A stretch of 64,000 bases of DNA from the human T2T-CHM13v2.0 reference genome, Homo sapiens. The stretch is from the NCBI RefSeq assembly GCF_009914755.1, contig NC_060925.1; one strand, 5' to 3'. The position numbers and the translations under genes were made by a program. The notes below the pieces were generated by a model that was not told the origin of the DNA, searched no databases, and was given only the letters and a program-made list of their open reading frames with translations. Below, one piece after another: positions 27,910 through 39,900 of this stretch (position 1 is its first letter; the number at the start of each line of letters is the position of its first letter).

Positions 27910-30899
27910 TGACACATTTATGGAAGAGATTATTATATATCAAATATCACACTTACAAAGAGTTTTAAATAATATAAAGAAATATTTGTATTACATGGGA
28001 AAAACATATACATCCCAGATGAAATATGACACAACTACATAAAAATGCACTGCAAAAATCCAGAAATTATAAACCAAATGGTAGTAGTGAGTGGTAGAAG
28101 ATGAGTTTTTTTCTTCTCTCTACTTTTTAGCATTTTATAAATCTTCTACAGTTAGCAGGCATTATCTATACAATAGGAAAGTTATTTTAATGATTTTCAC
28201 AAAAAGTCTGTTTCTTTTGTAGTAGAATTTGACCACATAAATTTAACTCCATTAAAATTGAAGGTCAAGAATCACCTGAAAGTGCTGTAATCCTGCGTTT
28301 TCTGTTTTCTTCCCTTTTGTCTCCTATCCTTACAGGAAAAAATAAAAATGGGAGAGGAGAAAAACCATTAAGCAAATACATTGTAGAAAAAAACTGAAGT
28401 TTAGAATAGGTATTAAACTGGATGACTTTTGAGATTCCTTCCAGTCCTGGGTTTGGATCAAGATCAGCTCTGCTTAAAATTCAATTACTTATTAATGTGG
28501 ATGTTGGAAATATCCTCTGCCAAATTTCTGGACAGAACCGAGTACCAGTCATGTTCCTCTAAGGGACTAGATCATTCACGAGAAGAAAAGAAAAGCCCGT
28601 AAAACATGTTGCCAAATAGAAGGGATCCTTCTTGAAATGCCAATGCCTTATGTGGCACTTGTGTATAAAAAGCAGTGTTTTGAATAGTTGGGTTTTTAAA
28701 TTATGTTCCAAAATATTAATTAATAGTAAGATCCAACGCATTTACAAGCTTAAATGTACATGGTCATCTTTTCATCATTGACATTTCTCAATGGAAATGT
28801 TTATTTGACCTGTCACCTTCGGCCACATGAAAACACCCCAGACATGTGAAATAACAAAGTAAAAATCAGGAGGACAAGGCAGGCAGGGAATGGGGAGCTG
28901 AAAGGATTCTGCAAACCTGGGCCTTAAAAGTCTCCCAGCAGGCCACAACTTTCCTCTTTTGAATTCGCCCACCTGACACTTCTTACCAGACCCTTGGCCA
29001 TCATGTCTACTATCAGTTTCTGAAATGAAAGCAGTCATTGTTGCTTTACTAAATGAGGTGGAAAGGTCTTAATGTTTATATATAAATTCTAATCTAATTC
29101 TGCCCCAATAAATTTCTTGGTGGGAGGACTTTCAGCATGTGAGAGGCACTGTACCTTCTGCAGGAAAAATTAGGCCATGAGACTCAAGATCGGCTGTGCG
29201 GAGCTGCCTAATATCATCCTTTATGCGCCAGCAGGGGCAAAGAATTTTAACTCAAAATAATAATAGGAGACGGGTAAGAGGAAATGGATAACAGAAGTTT
29301 GGGCCCGGCTCTGCAACCAGGCACGCCCAGGTAGCTGCCACTCAATGGCTGAAGAGAAGGCAATGGGAGAGCCCCTGCAATCGCGCAGCCAGCCGCGAGG
29401 GTAGTAGTCACGTGATGCCGCTGGCTAGAATTGTTTGGTGCGAACATCTGGCTCTTGGTGGTCATCTCTAATGTGTGTTAGAAAAGTTTGTGGGGCAATC
29501 AGAAATGTGGATTCCCAGAAATTTCCAAAGCAATCCAGAAAAGAAGGAAGACAAAGGGAAGTGTGCTATCCCACGGTTATCCAATTGTGCTTTATGTGAC
29601 TTTCTGGGCCAATCTATCAATGCATAGTAATGAAAGATTATGTGAAATTTATGTGTCTATTCACATATGATAATGTTTAATGCAATGCCTCAGTGTGTTC
29701 ACTCAAGGCCAGTGAGAAAGTAGGTGTCCCTTTAAAATCCTCTTAATTTAATGGAAACAATTTGGTAAGCTTTCATTAATAGAACATTTGTGGGAAATAA
29801 AACAGATGAATAAGAAGGTGACGCTTTAAAGTGGCTACAGCTCTGATGCACCCTACTTCCAGTGGGAAACTGTCTTTCTTAATATCTAGTCTGGAATCTC
29901 TCTGCTCATCAGTTTGCAGATACCCAGTCTGCAGGAGGCAAGAGTTGGTTCAAGAGGAAGTTGGGCAATCAGATTATCAATGCTACTAACAAACATTATT
30001 TGCATTTTTCAGAAATTATGACACGGCAATTTTATCAAATTGGAGATATATTTAAAATCAAAAGCTTAAAATTAAATCATTAGAAAAACTGTTCACTCTA
30101 CAGGAAACCTAGCTAATGTGCTTGGGAGACTCTGACATTTGAAAACTATACCAAATAACTTAGCTTTCCTGCAGTAGGAAGTGAATAGCACGGACTTCCA
30201 CATTTTTTCCTAACACTCTGTCAGCTGATTTGTTTTAGAATGCAGACCATTTTTACACCACAGGCACCCTAATTTTGTATTATAGGAGTGGGGAAACAAC
30301 GCACCACTAATATCTAATTCCTCTCTCCTAAAGAGGCATTATAAATGTACATTGTTTTATAGAAAACTTTCCCTACTAGTTCACGTGAGGATGGACTGTG
30401 CCTGAATGGGCGCCCTGGAACACCTCTTCCTCCAGTCCCCAGAGGCTTTGGGGGAAACCCCGTCTCGCGAATAACGCTTGAATCTACAGACATGGATAAT
30501 CCATTGCACTACATATGTCTACTGGTTCCTAAATTCCACTTAGCATTTTCGTACCTCCAACTATAGTGGGAAGGAGGAAGAGAAGAGCCAAAGGGGAAGT
30601 AGGGGGTGATCAACAAAGAGGAGTTGACTTCCAAGAATTGAAGAGAAATCTGAAGGAGGTATCATTTGCAGCCATGAGGTCTTTAGAGCGGTGGGAGTGA
30701 AGCTGGATGCAGATAAGAGCTCCCATCTGAGCAAAGATTATTTTATTGTCTTCACAGGAGAAGAAGGCTTTATATTCCCTCCAGAGCCCCCCGAGATGTG
30801 AGAGAAGGGCCCTGCTCTGTAGGCCATCCCAAGTACCGTCCTTGAAAGCGTCTGGATTCCCGTCCCAGGCCTATAGAGCCCCTGTCCTGATGCGCCCAT

Positions 30900-31950
30900 G
30901 CCTCCCTGAAGCGCTGTCTGTACCCGGGCGCAGGAACTCGTGGCGGCCGGGCGGTCCTGAAGGTGGAGGAGCGCGGGGCCCAGCTGGGGTACGCGCCGAG
31001 CAAGAACCCGCACGGAGCCGGCGCGCCGCGGCTGGGCTTCAAGGCCGCCGCGCCAAATCCCTGGCTGCGACGTGTATGCGAATCGTTAGGAGGAGGCGGG
31101 AGGACAGCCACACTGAGGGCCTCTTCACTAAAGAATGAAGTCTGACGGCGGGAATGGGGGTGGGTGGGGGCGGGAATCCATCAGCTCCACAAAGTGACAG
31201 GGCCCTTTTATCGTAAATCAAGTTCAATCTCGCTCTCGCGAAGGTCCTCTTTTTTCGGCGGAGCTCCCGCAGGGGCGACTCGCTGTCCCAGACCAGATAG
31301 TAGCAAGAGCTGGGAGAGACCCAAATCTGCAGGGAGAGGGCGCGGGCTGAGAGCCGCGGTGGGGAGCAGGGCCTGGGCCCAGCGCGACCTGCAGGGCTGC
31401 TGCCTCGGGAGCGCTTCTGCTCTGCCTGCGGTGGCCGAGGCGGCGGCTCGCCGAGCGCGCTCCGAGCTGTGCGAACAGAGGAAGTATGTGCCAGTTAGAA
31501 GGGTTCCGCCGGCCACCTCGTCGCAGCCGCGGCGCAAGGTCTTGGAGCCGCAGACCTGAGGCCCGGCTCCTCCCTCCTCGGCTTCCACTAAGAACTTATT
31601 AAATAGGGACGATTCACAGTTGATCTGTCACTGAGCACTACTTACCCCGAGATCTTTGGGTTTTTGAATTACTTTATTGATCTGAAGATTTTGTTCTTTG
31701 GAATGTGACCCTGTTTGGACTTAGAGCTAATCAGGAAACGCTGCCGGGGAGGTTGCTTTGTAATCACTTTGCTTACCTCCCCCCGGGCGCCGCCGACCCT
31801 TCCTAGACGCCTCCGCTGCGGCCGCCTAGGCTTTTACCCGGAACCCGCCAGCCCAGGTTACCTAGCTCCACCCGGCGCCCTGGGAGCTGTCTGTGGTGCT
31901 AGCACACAGAAACCGGGAGCGGGAGACCCAGTGGACAAGGAGAGGAGAGA
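30900..31950. promoter_or_regulatory. CpG island downstream of BARHL2
   Basis: Dense CpG and GC-rich; no credible ORF. Confidence 0.8.
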
Positions 31951-33566
31951 GGAGACAAACTGAGAATGTAAGGTTAACCGAGACGGTCCACCCAGCAACA
32001 CTCAAACTGACAAAGACCTTCAAAATTCAGCCGGAAGGACCGGGGGAAATAGTCCCTTCTGGGTCATCTCATCGCCCCGAGACAGATGACCTGGTTTTCT
32101 AATCCAAGAGGCCAATGACACCTCCCTTTCTCTGAAAGCACACCTCCCCACAGCCCCACACACCCCTCTCACTTACCCCTACCCAGCCCTGGGGATAAGG
32201 TAAGAAGTCAGGGCACTCGGCACTGGACCCTTATGATAAGTGGCCCTAACTCCAGAAAAAGACACAAATGTTAGCAAAGAAGCCTGGAGATGACTAAAAA
32301 GTGGGACTGGGTAAAGACCTAGTGGGAGACTTAAGGAGCTTGGGGATACTGTTCCAGAGTCCATAGGAGTAATCCCTGGAGAGGCCCCCACTCACTCATC
32401 TGCGCACACCGCTCTCTAGTCAACAGCCAGGGTACAGAGCAAGCCCGAATTCCCTCACCAAAGATTCAGAGATGCAAAAGAAACATCATTTCCCTGCAAG
32501 GCTTGACCCCGCCCCTGAGCATGTCCACCAGTGGTGAAAAGTCTCATTCTTTCCAAGCATGTTGACTTCAAGCTTGGTTTTTTCAAAAACCAGGCAGCTC
32601 TCTTCCAGTACATTTTTGTAACCACGTGGCTTAACAAGAACTAAAGTTTCCCTAGCCCTGGGGAGAGCTTTTCCAAATATTTTTAGAAAGTTAAAAATAT
32701 AACAAAACAAACTACTCACAAGCCACTTGTTTAAAGAGGGGAGGTGGGATCCGACAGACTCCTGGGGAAGGGCTGCCTAGGCAGGAGTCAGATGGCAGGG
32801 AGGGAGGAGGAGGGAGAGTAAGCAGTTTTATTTGCAAGGGAGGAAATCAACTGTCTAATTTGCCATCGTGTGGGCTTTCATTTTAAGGGGTGGAGCAAAA
32901 TTAAACGGATACAGGGTGGTAGGTATCTTTGCTGGAGGCATGGAGCCAAGAAGCAATCACTACTTTGCAACTCATTGAAAAATCACTAGTTTGGGCTAGA
33001 ACAGCTGGCTGCTAGCCGGGGAGTTAACTTCTTCCTTCACACTCACTACAGATTTGTGTAGGTTTGCTGGGGTCCCTGAGCTGATCTTGGTGTTGGCAAA
33101 TCTAAGAGGCCTTTGTAGGTCTTTAAACGTCTCTCTGAAATAACTTTGTATTACTGTGTTTCTGTAGGAAGCAAAGATTGCCACTGAAAATCTGTTTTTC
33201 TAGCCTCCGACTTAATCAAAGGAGCAATCTAAATGGAGTCCAGCCACGGAGTGCCCTTCAGACACCAGCTGAAGGTGGGAAAAAAGAAAAAGAGTACAGT
33301 TCCCAGGGACAGCTGTCCTCTGCTTCTCTGTAACTCCAGATTTCCCATGAGAATAGGCCTCTGCCTGTTACCTTGTTCCTTGCTTCTCAGAAAACCTGGA
33401 GTTGCACTCTTCACCTCCTAGCCAACCTCCTAATTTAGTTGAGCAGGCACAGAAGGAAAGAAGGACCCTTTGTGAAGAAAAAAATTGAGTTTGCATTTGA
33501 CTTTTAAGCAGGTGACTTTTGAATACTAGGGCACCTGCTGAGGTGCCCTTTGCAGTACTGCTGCAG

Positions 33567-33598
33567 AAAAAGAAGGAAAGAAAAGAAAGAAAAGGAAA

Positions 33599-33648
<50 letters not shown>

Positions 33649-33743
33649 GAGAAAGGAAAATAAAAGAAAAAAAGAAAGGAAGGAGAGAAGGGAGGGAGGG
33701 AGGGAGGGAGGGAGGGAGGAAGGAAGGAAGGAAGGAAGGAAGG
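33567..33743 (+). repeat. Polypurine (GAAA)n/(GGGA)n/(GGAA)n microsatellite
   Basis: About 177 bp, all purine except one T. Confidence 0.95.
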
Positions 33744-35199
33744 AACCAGGCACCCACCCAACTTTCTTCCTGGGACAATATCCCCCACCCCACAACATCC
33801 AATCTGCCAACTTGTATGCAACAGCAGGTAACCAAACAAATTTAGAAAGGACATTGACACATTCAGCTGCATGATTTAGGGGGTGAAAGAAAACATGACT
33901 TTGAAGAAACTTGGATTTGGGGAGGACCCTAATGGATCCTGAGTAATTGCTAGCAGCAGAGCAATATGAGGTTGATTAAGAGATCTTGGTCTCTGTAGGC
34001 ACAGTGCTTCCCCCTGCATTGTCCACCTCAGGAGTCCAAGTTCAGCCTTGAGTGTAAAGCGGCAGTGGGCAGACTTCCCGGCCCACCATCCTGCAGGTGG
34101 CTGGGGACTGCTGGCAGCAAATGGGTGCTCTGGCCTTATTTGGATTTGTAGTTTTGTGTCTTTTTCATACCTGGATCTGAGTTAATTCTTTGTAAAGATT
34201 CTTTGTATGCATAAACTCTGTGGCCTCTCAAATCCCTCCTTGTGCCTAGAGTTGACCAGCCCCAGTTTCAGTGCAAACAGAAGCTATAGCACCCTCAAAC
34301 CTTGGAGAGTGCCTTTTTAGGCCTAGGCAGACCACTTTTAAACTGTTTAAACTTGATCAAAAAACCCAACTGCAAGATGAAACAAGGAGGGTCTGCTAAG
34401 TGCCTAGGTATTGGACATCCTAACTGGACATAGCGGCGCCCAATTTCCAGCCAAGCCCAGCTAGCTGAGTTTGTCTCAGCTAAGCAGGCAGAAAATGAGA
34501 AGGGCCAGTCCAGACCCTTTTGTTAGAATCAAACAAGACCAAGACCAAGTTTAAAGCAAACTGATGAGCTGGAGAGAAATCTGCAAACCACTTCCTAATT
34601 AGCCAAGGTCTGATCAAGGTGCCCCCAGGCAATTTCCACCTGGATTTCACTTTTCTTCCCTCCTTCTTTCCCACCCCTCCTAAATATACATTCCCACATC
34701 ACTTCACATTTTTAAAAACATTTTTAACTACACTAAGGTTCAACCATCAGAGAAAGTTGGAGGCCAGGTCCAGATGTATTTTAGCTGCTTGTATTACCCC
34801 TTTGTCACTGTACTAGGGCAGGAGTGAGGATAGAAATGTGAGGATGCCCAGATAGGAGGTCTGACTCTGGCTACTCAGGAAGTGACCCGGGGGCTGGAGA
34901 GGAGTAGGAGCAACCTGGGAACTGTATGCTCCACTAAGTGGCTCCTTCATACAGTCCTGAGCACTGAGCCTGGTGGGGAGCCAGCCTGGCAGGGGGTGAG
35001 GGGTGGTGCTTATGACTGACTTAGGCCAGGGTGCTACAAACATTTACTTACATACACACACTCACACACACTCCTAAAGCAGGCAGCGGGCCTCCTCCAC
35101 ACTCTGGGCAGGGTCTCCTATTTTGCAGTCCCAGCTGTCCCAGGGGTGCAGATAAAAGGCTTGGCAGCCAGTCTCAGCCTGAGTTCACCGTTGCAAAGG

Positions 35200-35650
35200 A
35201 GCTCCAGGCATCGCAGCACAACGAACTCACTAGGACAAGCGGCTCCGCATGGGGCTGGGGGCTGGACGCCCGCCGCCAGGGACTGAGAAGGCAACGATCA
35301 AAGCCGCCACAAGGGTTTGTTAGCTGGCCCTCTCCAAGTCCCCCGGGGGCGTCCTAATTGCTCGTCCCACAGCCTCCCGCTCACAGGCTGTCCGACCTCG
35401 CCGGCGCTCAGCCGCGGGCAGCAGAACAGCTGCGAGGCTCGAGGAGCGTCCGCCTGCCGCCCAGCCCCTGCCGGCGTTGTCATCGCTGCCCAGCGCTTCG
35501 GACCCTCGCTGCCCCAGGAAGACCCCTAGAAGAAGGAGGAGGGGAGGACAGAGGGATCACCACACCGGTGAAGCTGGGGCCTCTATGCAGGTCAGGACGG
35601 CAGCAAAGTTGGCCGCCGACTTAGCCAGCACCCGCAGCCTGCAAGTACAG
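35200..35650. promoter_or_regulatory. Small CpG-rich island just 3' of BARHL2
   Basis: Local CpG/GC enrichment past the polyA signals. Confidence 0.65.
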
Positions 35651-35899
35651 ATTTTCTCCCACAGCCTCCTGGGTTGCTTTGAAACCATCCATTTAAAAAG
35701 AAAGGAACTCATACATATCAAATAATGGTTCGGAAGAGGCCAGCACGAAAAATGGAGCTGCTTTTATACAAGCCAACCCAACCTCTTTACGGATTTTGTA
35801 AATTCCTAATATTTCAGAAGAAATTTGTTGTTCTAAACCAAGTCAGCACTTCATCATAGTACATTCTGCTTTAGTAAAATCAGCTCCCTTGGATTTCAT

Positions 35900-36675
35900 C
35901 ACTTGTTAAAAAAAGATAAACTTTATTTTTGTAATTTTCAATCACAAAAAAATCTATATTTTTGTCTAAGCATTTATTTTACTGAATCGAAAAGACATGA
36001 AAAGAAAAATCATGTTTTTACTAACGTATATAAGTGACTCTTTTTGGACAACATATAATAAATATGATATATCACTTATCACTCAGTCTTTCAAATGTAC
36101 ATTTTTTTCATATTATGGAGCATGCCACTTTTCCAAAAGAAAAAAGGTCATGAGAAATCAGTGCAAAGTTCTCAGTTACCCTCCTCTTTTCTCTGGGGCA
36201 GACGGAATGTCCTCGGCAACGCCCTTTGCCTCAGCACTTGAGGCTGTCCATATATAGTTCACTCTGCCTGTGCTGTTTCCGCTCCGTGCCCTTCTTTCTT
36301 CCCTCCTTAGCCCTCCCCCCTCCCTCCCTCCTGCTTGTCCCTAAAGTCATTTTTGAAAAAGAATTTGAGGTTTTGTTTTTGTTGATGTTTTCACTTACTG
36401 GTTGCACTCTGTGTGGGGTCAGCATTTTCACCAGTCACACTGCTGTGGGGGAGCTTTCCAGCCCTGTTTCTAGGGGTGGGGAGATGGAGAGCAGAGGGCT
36501 GGCTCCTCTTTGGGGGTCCCCTGCCCACTGGTAAGCATCTTCCTCTCTTACTCCTCTGCCTTCCAGAGTTGGCTGCAAGGGAGGCCTAGTGGCCTGGAGC
36601 AGGGAGAGGACGGGCAGCAGTCCGGGTTGGGCAGGGATATGGGGAAGGGATTGCAGTGCCTTCGCTGCAATGTTT
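35900..36675 (-). other. BARHL2: BARHL2 3' UTR (3' end approximate)
   Basis: Follows the stop codon, becomes AU-rich, and has two AATAAA on the minus strand (35978-35973, 35927-35922). Confidence 0.75.
35922..35978 (-). terminator. Two candidate polyadenylation signals (AATAAA)
   Basis: Plus-strand TTTATT at 35922-35927 and 35973-35978. Confidence 0.7.
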
Positions 36676-36988
36676 TCACCGGGGGTGTGGGGTGCCTGGG
36701 ATGGGGCTGGACAATGGATTAAGGGCTGGCTGTCCCCCAGGCCCTAGGCCGTGGATGAGCACACGGGGCACCAGGGGCCGCTGCAGCTGGGGATGGGGTG
36801 CTGGAGGAGTCCGGTACATGCTGCTGTACATGGCAGCGGCAGCCGCCGCCGCCGTAGTGCTGTCCATGCTGCCCAGCAGGCTTGGGTGATAGAAATAAGG
36901 CGATGGAAACATCCTCTGCAGCGCCGAGTAGTTCCCTGCCTCGGCCAGCAACTCCAGGCCCACCGCTGTCTGCCGCTTCCACTTGGTC
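36676..36988 (-). CDS. BARHL2: BARHL2 coding exon 3 (end of helix 3, poly-Ala, C-terminus)
   Basis: Acceptor CTTTCTTTCAG|G at 36989/36988; reads (R)[20 protein letters not shown]...; TGA at 36678-36676. Confidence 0.97.
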
Positions 36989-39900
36989 CTGAAAGAAAGC
37001 GGGTGTGCAGGCACCCAGCAGCTGTGGGCATGGTCCAGGCACCAAGACCCGGCCCCTTCTCTGGCCCCTTCCTGCCTCCTCCTTCATTCTCCCTGGGTGG
37101 CAGGAAGACTCAGAGACCTCTTCAAACTGGCAATGCACCACATCTCCTGCCCCAGCCTTGCTCCCAGAAAGACCCAAACCCAAAGCCAGTTTTGTAAATT
37201 ACACCTTCAGTGGCTGAGACCCTCACAAATGAAATCCTACAGGCCTTGCTTCCTTTTCCTAAACCTCTGCTCTGCTGTCGCCCCCCTTGTAGTTTGGCTA
37301 CTTCTGGAAACTTTCCTTAGGGCCAAAGGAGACTTCCACAAGCAGTCACTTTCCTCCTTCCTTAGTTCCCCTTCCACATCTCCCAACTCCCAACAATCCC
37401 AAAGAGTCTGCTCTCAGCCCCTCTTCCTTCCCCGCCAGGCTGTGAGAGAAGAAACCGTAAACAAAGGGATGCAGAGACTCCTAAGCCAGGGACCCCAGCC
37501 CCTCTCAGTCCCCAGGGCTGGGAGACATATTTCTCTCATAAGCCTGACAGGACCTTACAGTGGGCAGGGGGCTTAAGGGGAGGATGGCAACAAGGTCTCA
37601 AAATGGAATTCATTTGAGGGAGGGTTATCCCAAGGGCAAAGTACCTCCTGGCCATTCTGAGGTGGGGGTGAATGCATTTCAAGGTATTTCCTCCTCAGAG
37701 ATAAAGTAACAATTAAAACCTGTGATCAGCTTTTCTCAGTCTCCTCCCTCCCCCGCTGCACACCCTGCTAGGAAGAAGAGAGCGGGCGTTTGCTCAAATA
37801 CCTTATGAAGGAACGCAGGGCTGGTGGGCCATCCATACCCGGCAGCTCCAGCCAAATTAATAAACATGTCGCCCATTTTAAATTGGCTACAAATGACACT
37901 AATGTTTTCCGACAGAATTAGGGTGGCTGAAACCGTATGTAATGAGACAGAAAATTATGGTAAAGATGACAAGTGGATGGGCATTTCCAACCGCACTTAT
38001 GGACGATTAGAACACAAACGGGAGAAAAGGAGGGGTAGAGAAAATCGAGACAAGGAGATGAGTGCCAGGCTTGAAAACACAGCAAAACCTCTGCCTCAGA
38101 TTGCCCAGGTTCCACTCTACACTTCGTGGCCCTGCGAGCACTGGCAGTCACTTTTGCTTTCTTAATTTCCCTTCTAGAGAAGGAGCAGTGCCAGGCAGGC
38201 TCTGCAGCACTCTAGCTCCATGTTGAGACAGCAGAGGCAGCCAGTACAGGGGACAGACCCACACTCCTTCCTTCTCCCTGTCCGGATGCTTGGCCAGCCG
38301 CCGATTCTCCAGGCTGCGGCTGCCAAACCTACTCTAACCCAGCTGGGCTCTCCTAGTCTCTGCAGCTACACTGACCAAGGCTTGGATCCTGCTTCTCCCA
38401 GCCGCCTCACAGGCCAAAGCAAGGACATTTACGCCGAGGCTGGTGGGACAGCTCTGTGGGAATAGCAATAGCTGGGCCGGGCCGTGTTGTTGGCTACAAA
38501 CCTTTGGAACCAGCCTGGGGTGGGCCCAAGGGGTGCACCGCGCAGGCTCTCTGGACCTAAGTGTCAGCTGCACAGATGTCTCAATTTGAGAAGGTGTGGC
38601 TTCATTGATTTGGGGATGAAGTGGGGGGAATTCCAGCGGCTCGGGTTTCAGAGGAAAAGTAGCACCTGTTAAAGCACATAGAATTGCAAAATTGTCCAAA
38701 TTCCAGCTGCCCTTTGGTCTCTCTCACCTTGGGGGTGTGGCTCATCCCTGCCCCATCCTTAAAGCACCCAAGTGCCCACTCCAGGGTCACTCTCAGTCCT
38801 TAGAGTCTCTGGAGGCCAGGAGGGAAGAAGATTGGTATAATGATCATGACTTAAATGGCCAGACACCTTTGCTCCCCCAAAGTGCCTCCCTTACCTGCGG
38901 TTCTGGTACCAGGTCTTGACTTGGGTGTCAGTGAGGTTGAGCGCTGCAGCCAGGTCCATGCGATCCTGCACGCTCAGGTACTTCTGCCGCTCAAAGCTAC
39001 GCTCCAGTTGATTGAGCTGGTGGTCGGAAAAAGCTGTCCTTGCTTTTCGAGGCTTCTTGGCTCTCACAGGGGGACTCTCACGGCTACTCGTAATCTCCCG
39101 GTCTCCTTCCTCCTTTGTCCCTACCATAGAAACCCAGCCACCGTGGTAAGTTAGCCTGGAATGGGGAAGGACTGAGTGTCCTCCTGGCATACACTTCCAC
39201 ATTCCCAAGCCAACTACTGGCTTCGGGGGACTGCACTCTGCCACCCCTAGAACACACACACACTCACGCCTTAGCCTGAGTGTGGAGGAAGAGGATTGTT
39301 TTCAGACTGGAGAGTATGGGACCTTGTTTAGAGTTTCTAAAGGGGGTCTAAAAGGGTGTCTGATCTTCACATGGTTGGAAGTTAAAAAGTAAAAATTTTT
39401 TTAAATAAAACTTTTGAAAAGGGTTATTTTGTTATTGTTTCCTTGACTGAGAGAGATGCTGTCCCTTTTCTTTATTGTTTTCAGTATGACTTTGTTTCAC
39501 TGATGTGGTGATTTTTCAAAGGGTCCCTCTACTCTTTTTTTTTTTTTTTTTTTTTTGAGGAGGCAGCATCTTTTTCATTTTACTTTTTTCTCTTTTCTGA
39601 AAGTTATAGGTGTTTGTTTTACTTTTTCAGATGCACTTGGGAAATGTTGGAATCAAGCTTTCTGAAGCCACCTGCATCAGGTCTTTTAAAGCTTCACAAA
39701 GAATATGTCACCCAGACACCGAGTTGAGCTCAAAATCACTGAGCCCATCCAGGTGACAGCATGGAGATTTCCGGATTCTATTTGTCAACTTTGGTTTTTT
39801 ACTGAAATGCTGGGAAATCGATATGTCAATCCCTCCCTGTTTGTACCCGTTTGTGCAGTGCTCCTTGATCTTCCCTGCAGGAAGAACAATAATCTCTCTA

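Noticed and set aside
33368-33872. 108-155 aa ORFs rich in SFFL or KERK
   Set aside because: Translation of a purine microsatellite.
36856-36876. Partial RE1-like match in exon 3 (AGTGCTGTCCATGCTGCCC)
   Set aside because: One half-site is poor and the sequence is explained by coding constraint.
36719-37576. Alternative-frame and antisense ORFs over exon 3 and intron 2
   Set aside because: Shadows of GC-rich sequence with no recognisable domain.
39121-39259. N-terminal part of the 122-aa ORF before the homeodomain
   Set aside because: Intronic, upstream of the exon 2 acceptor.
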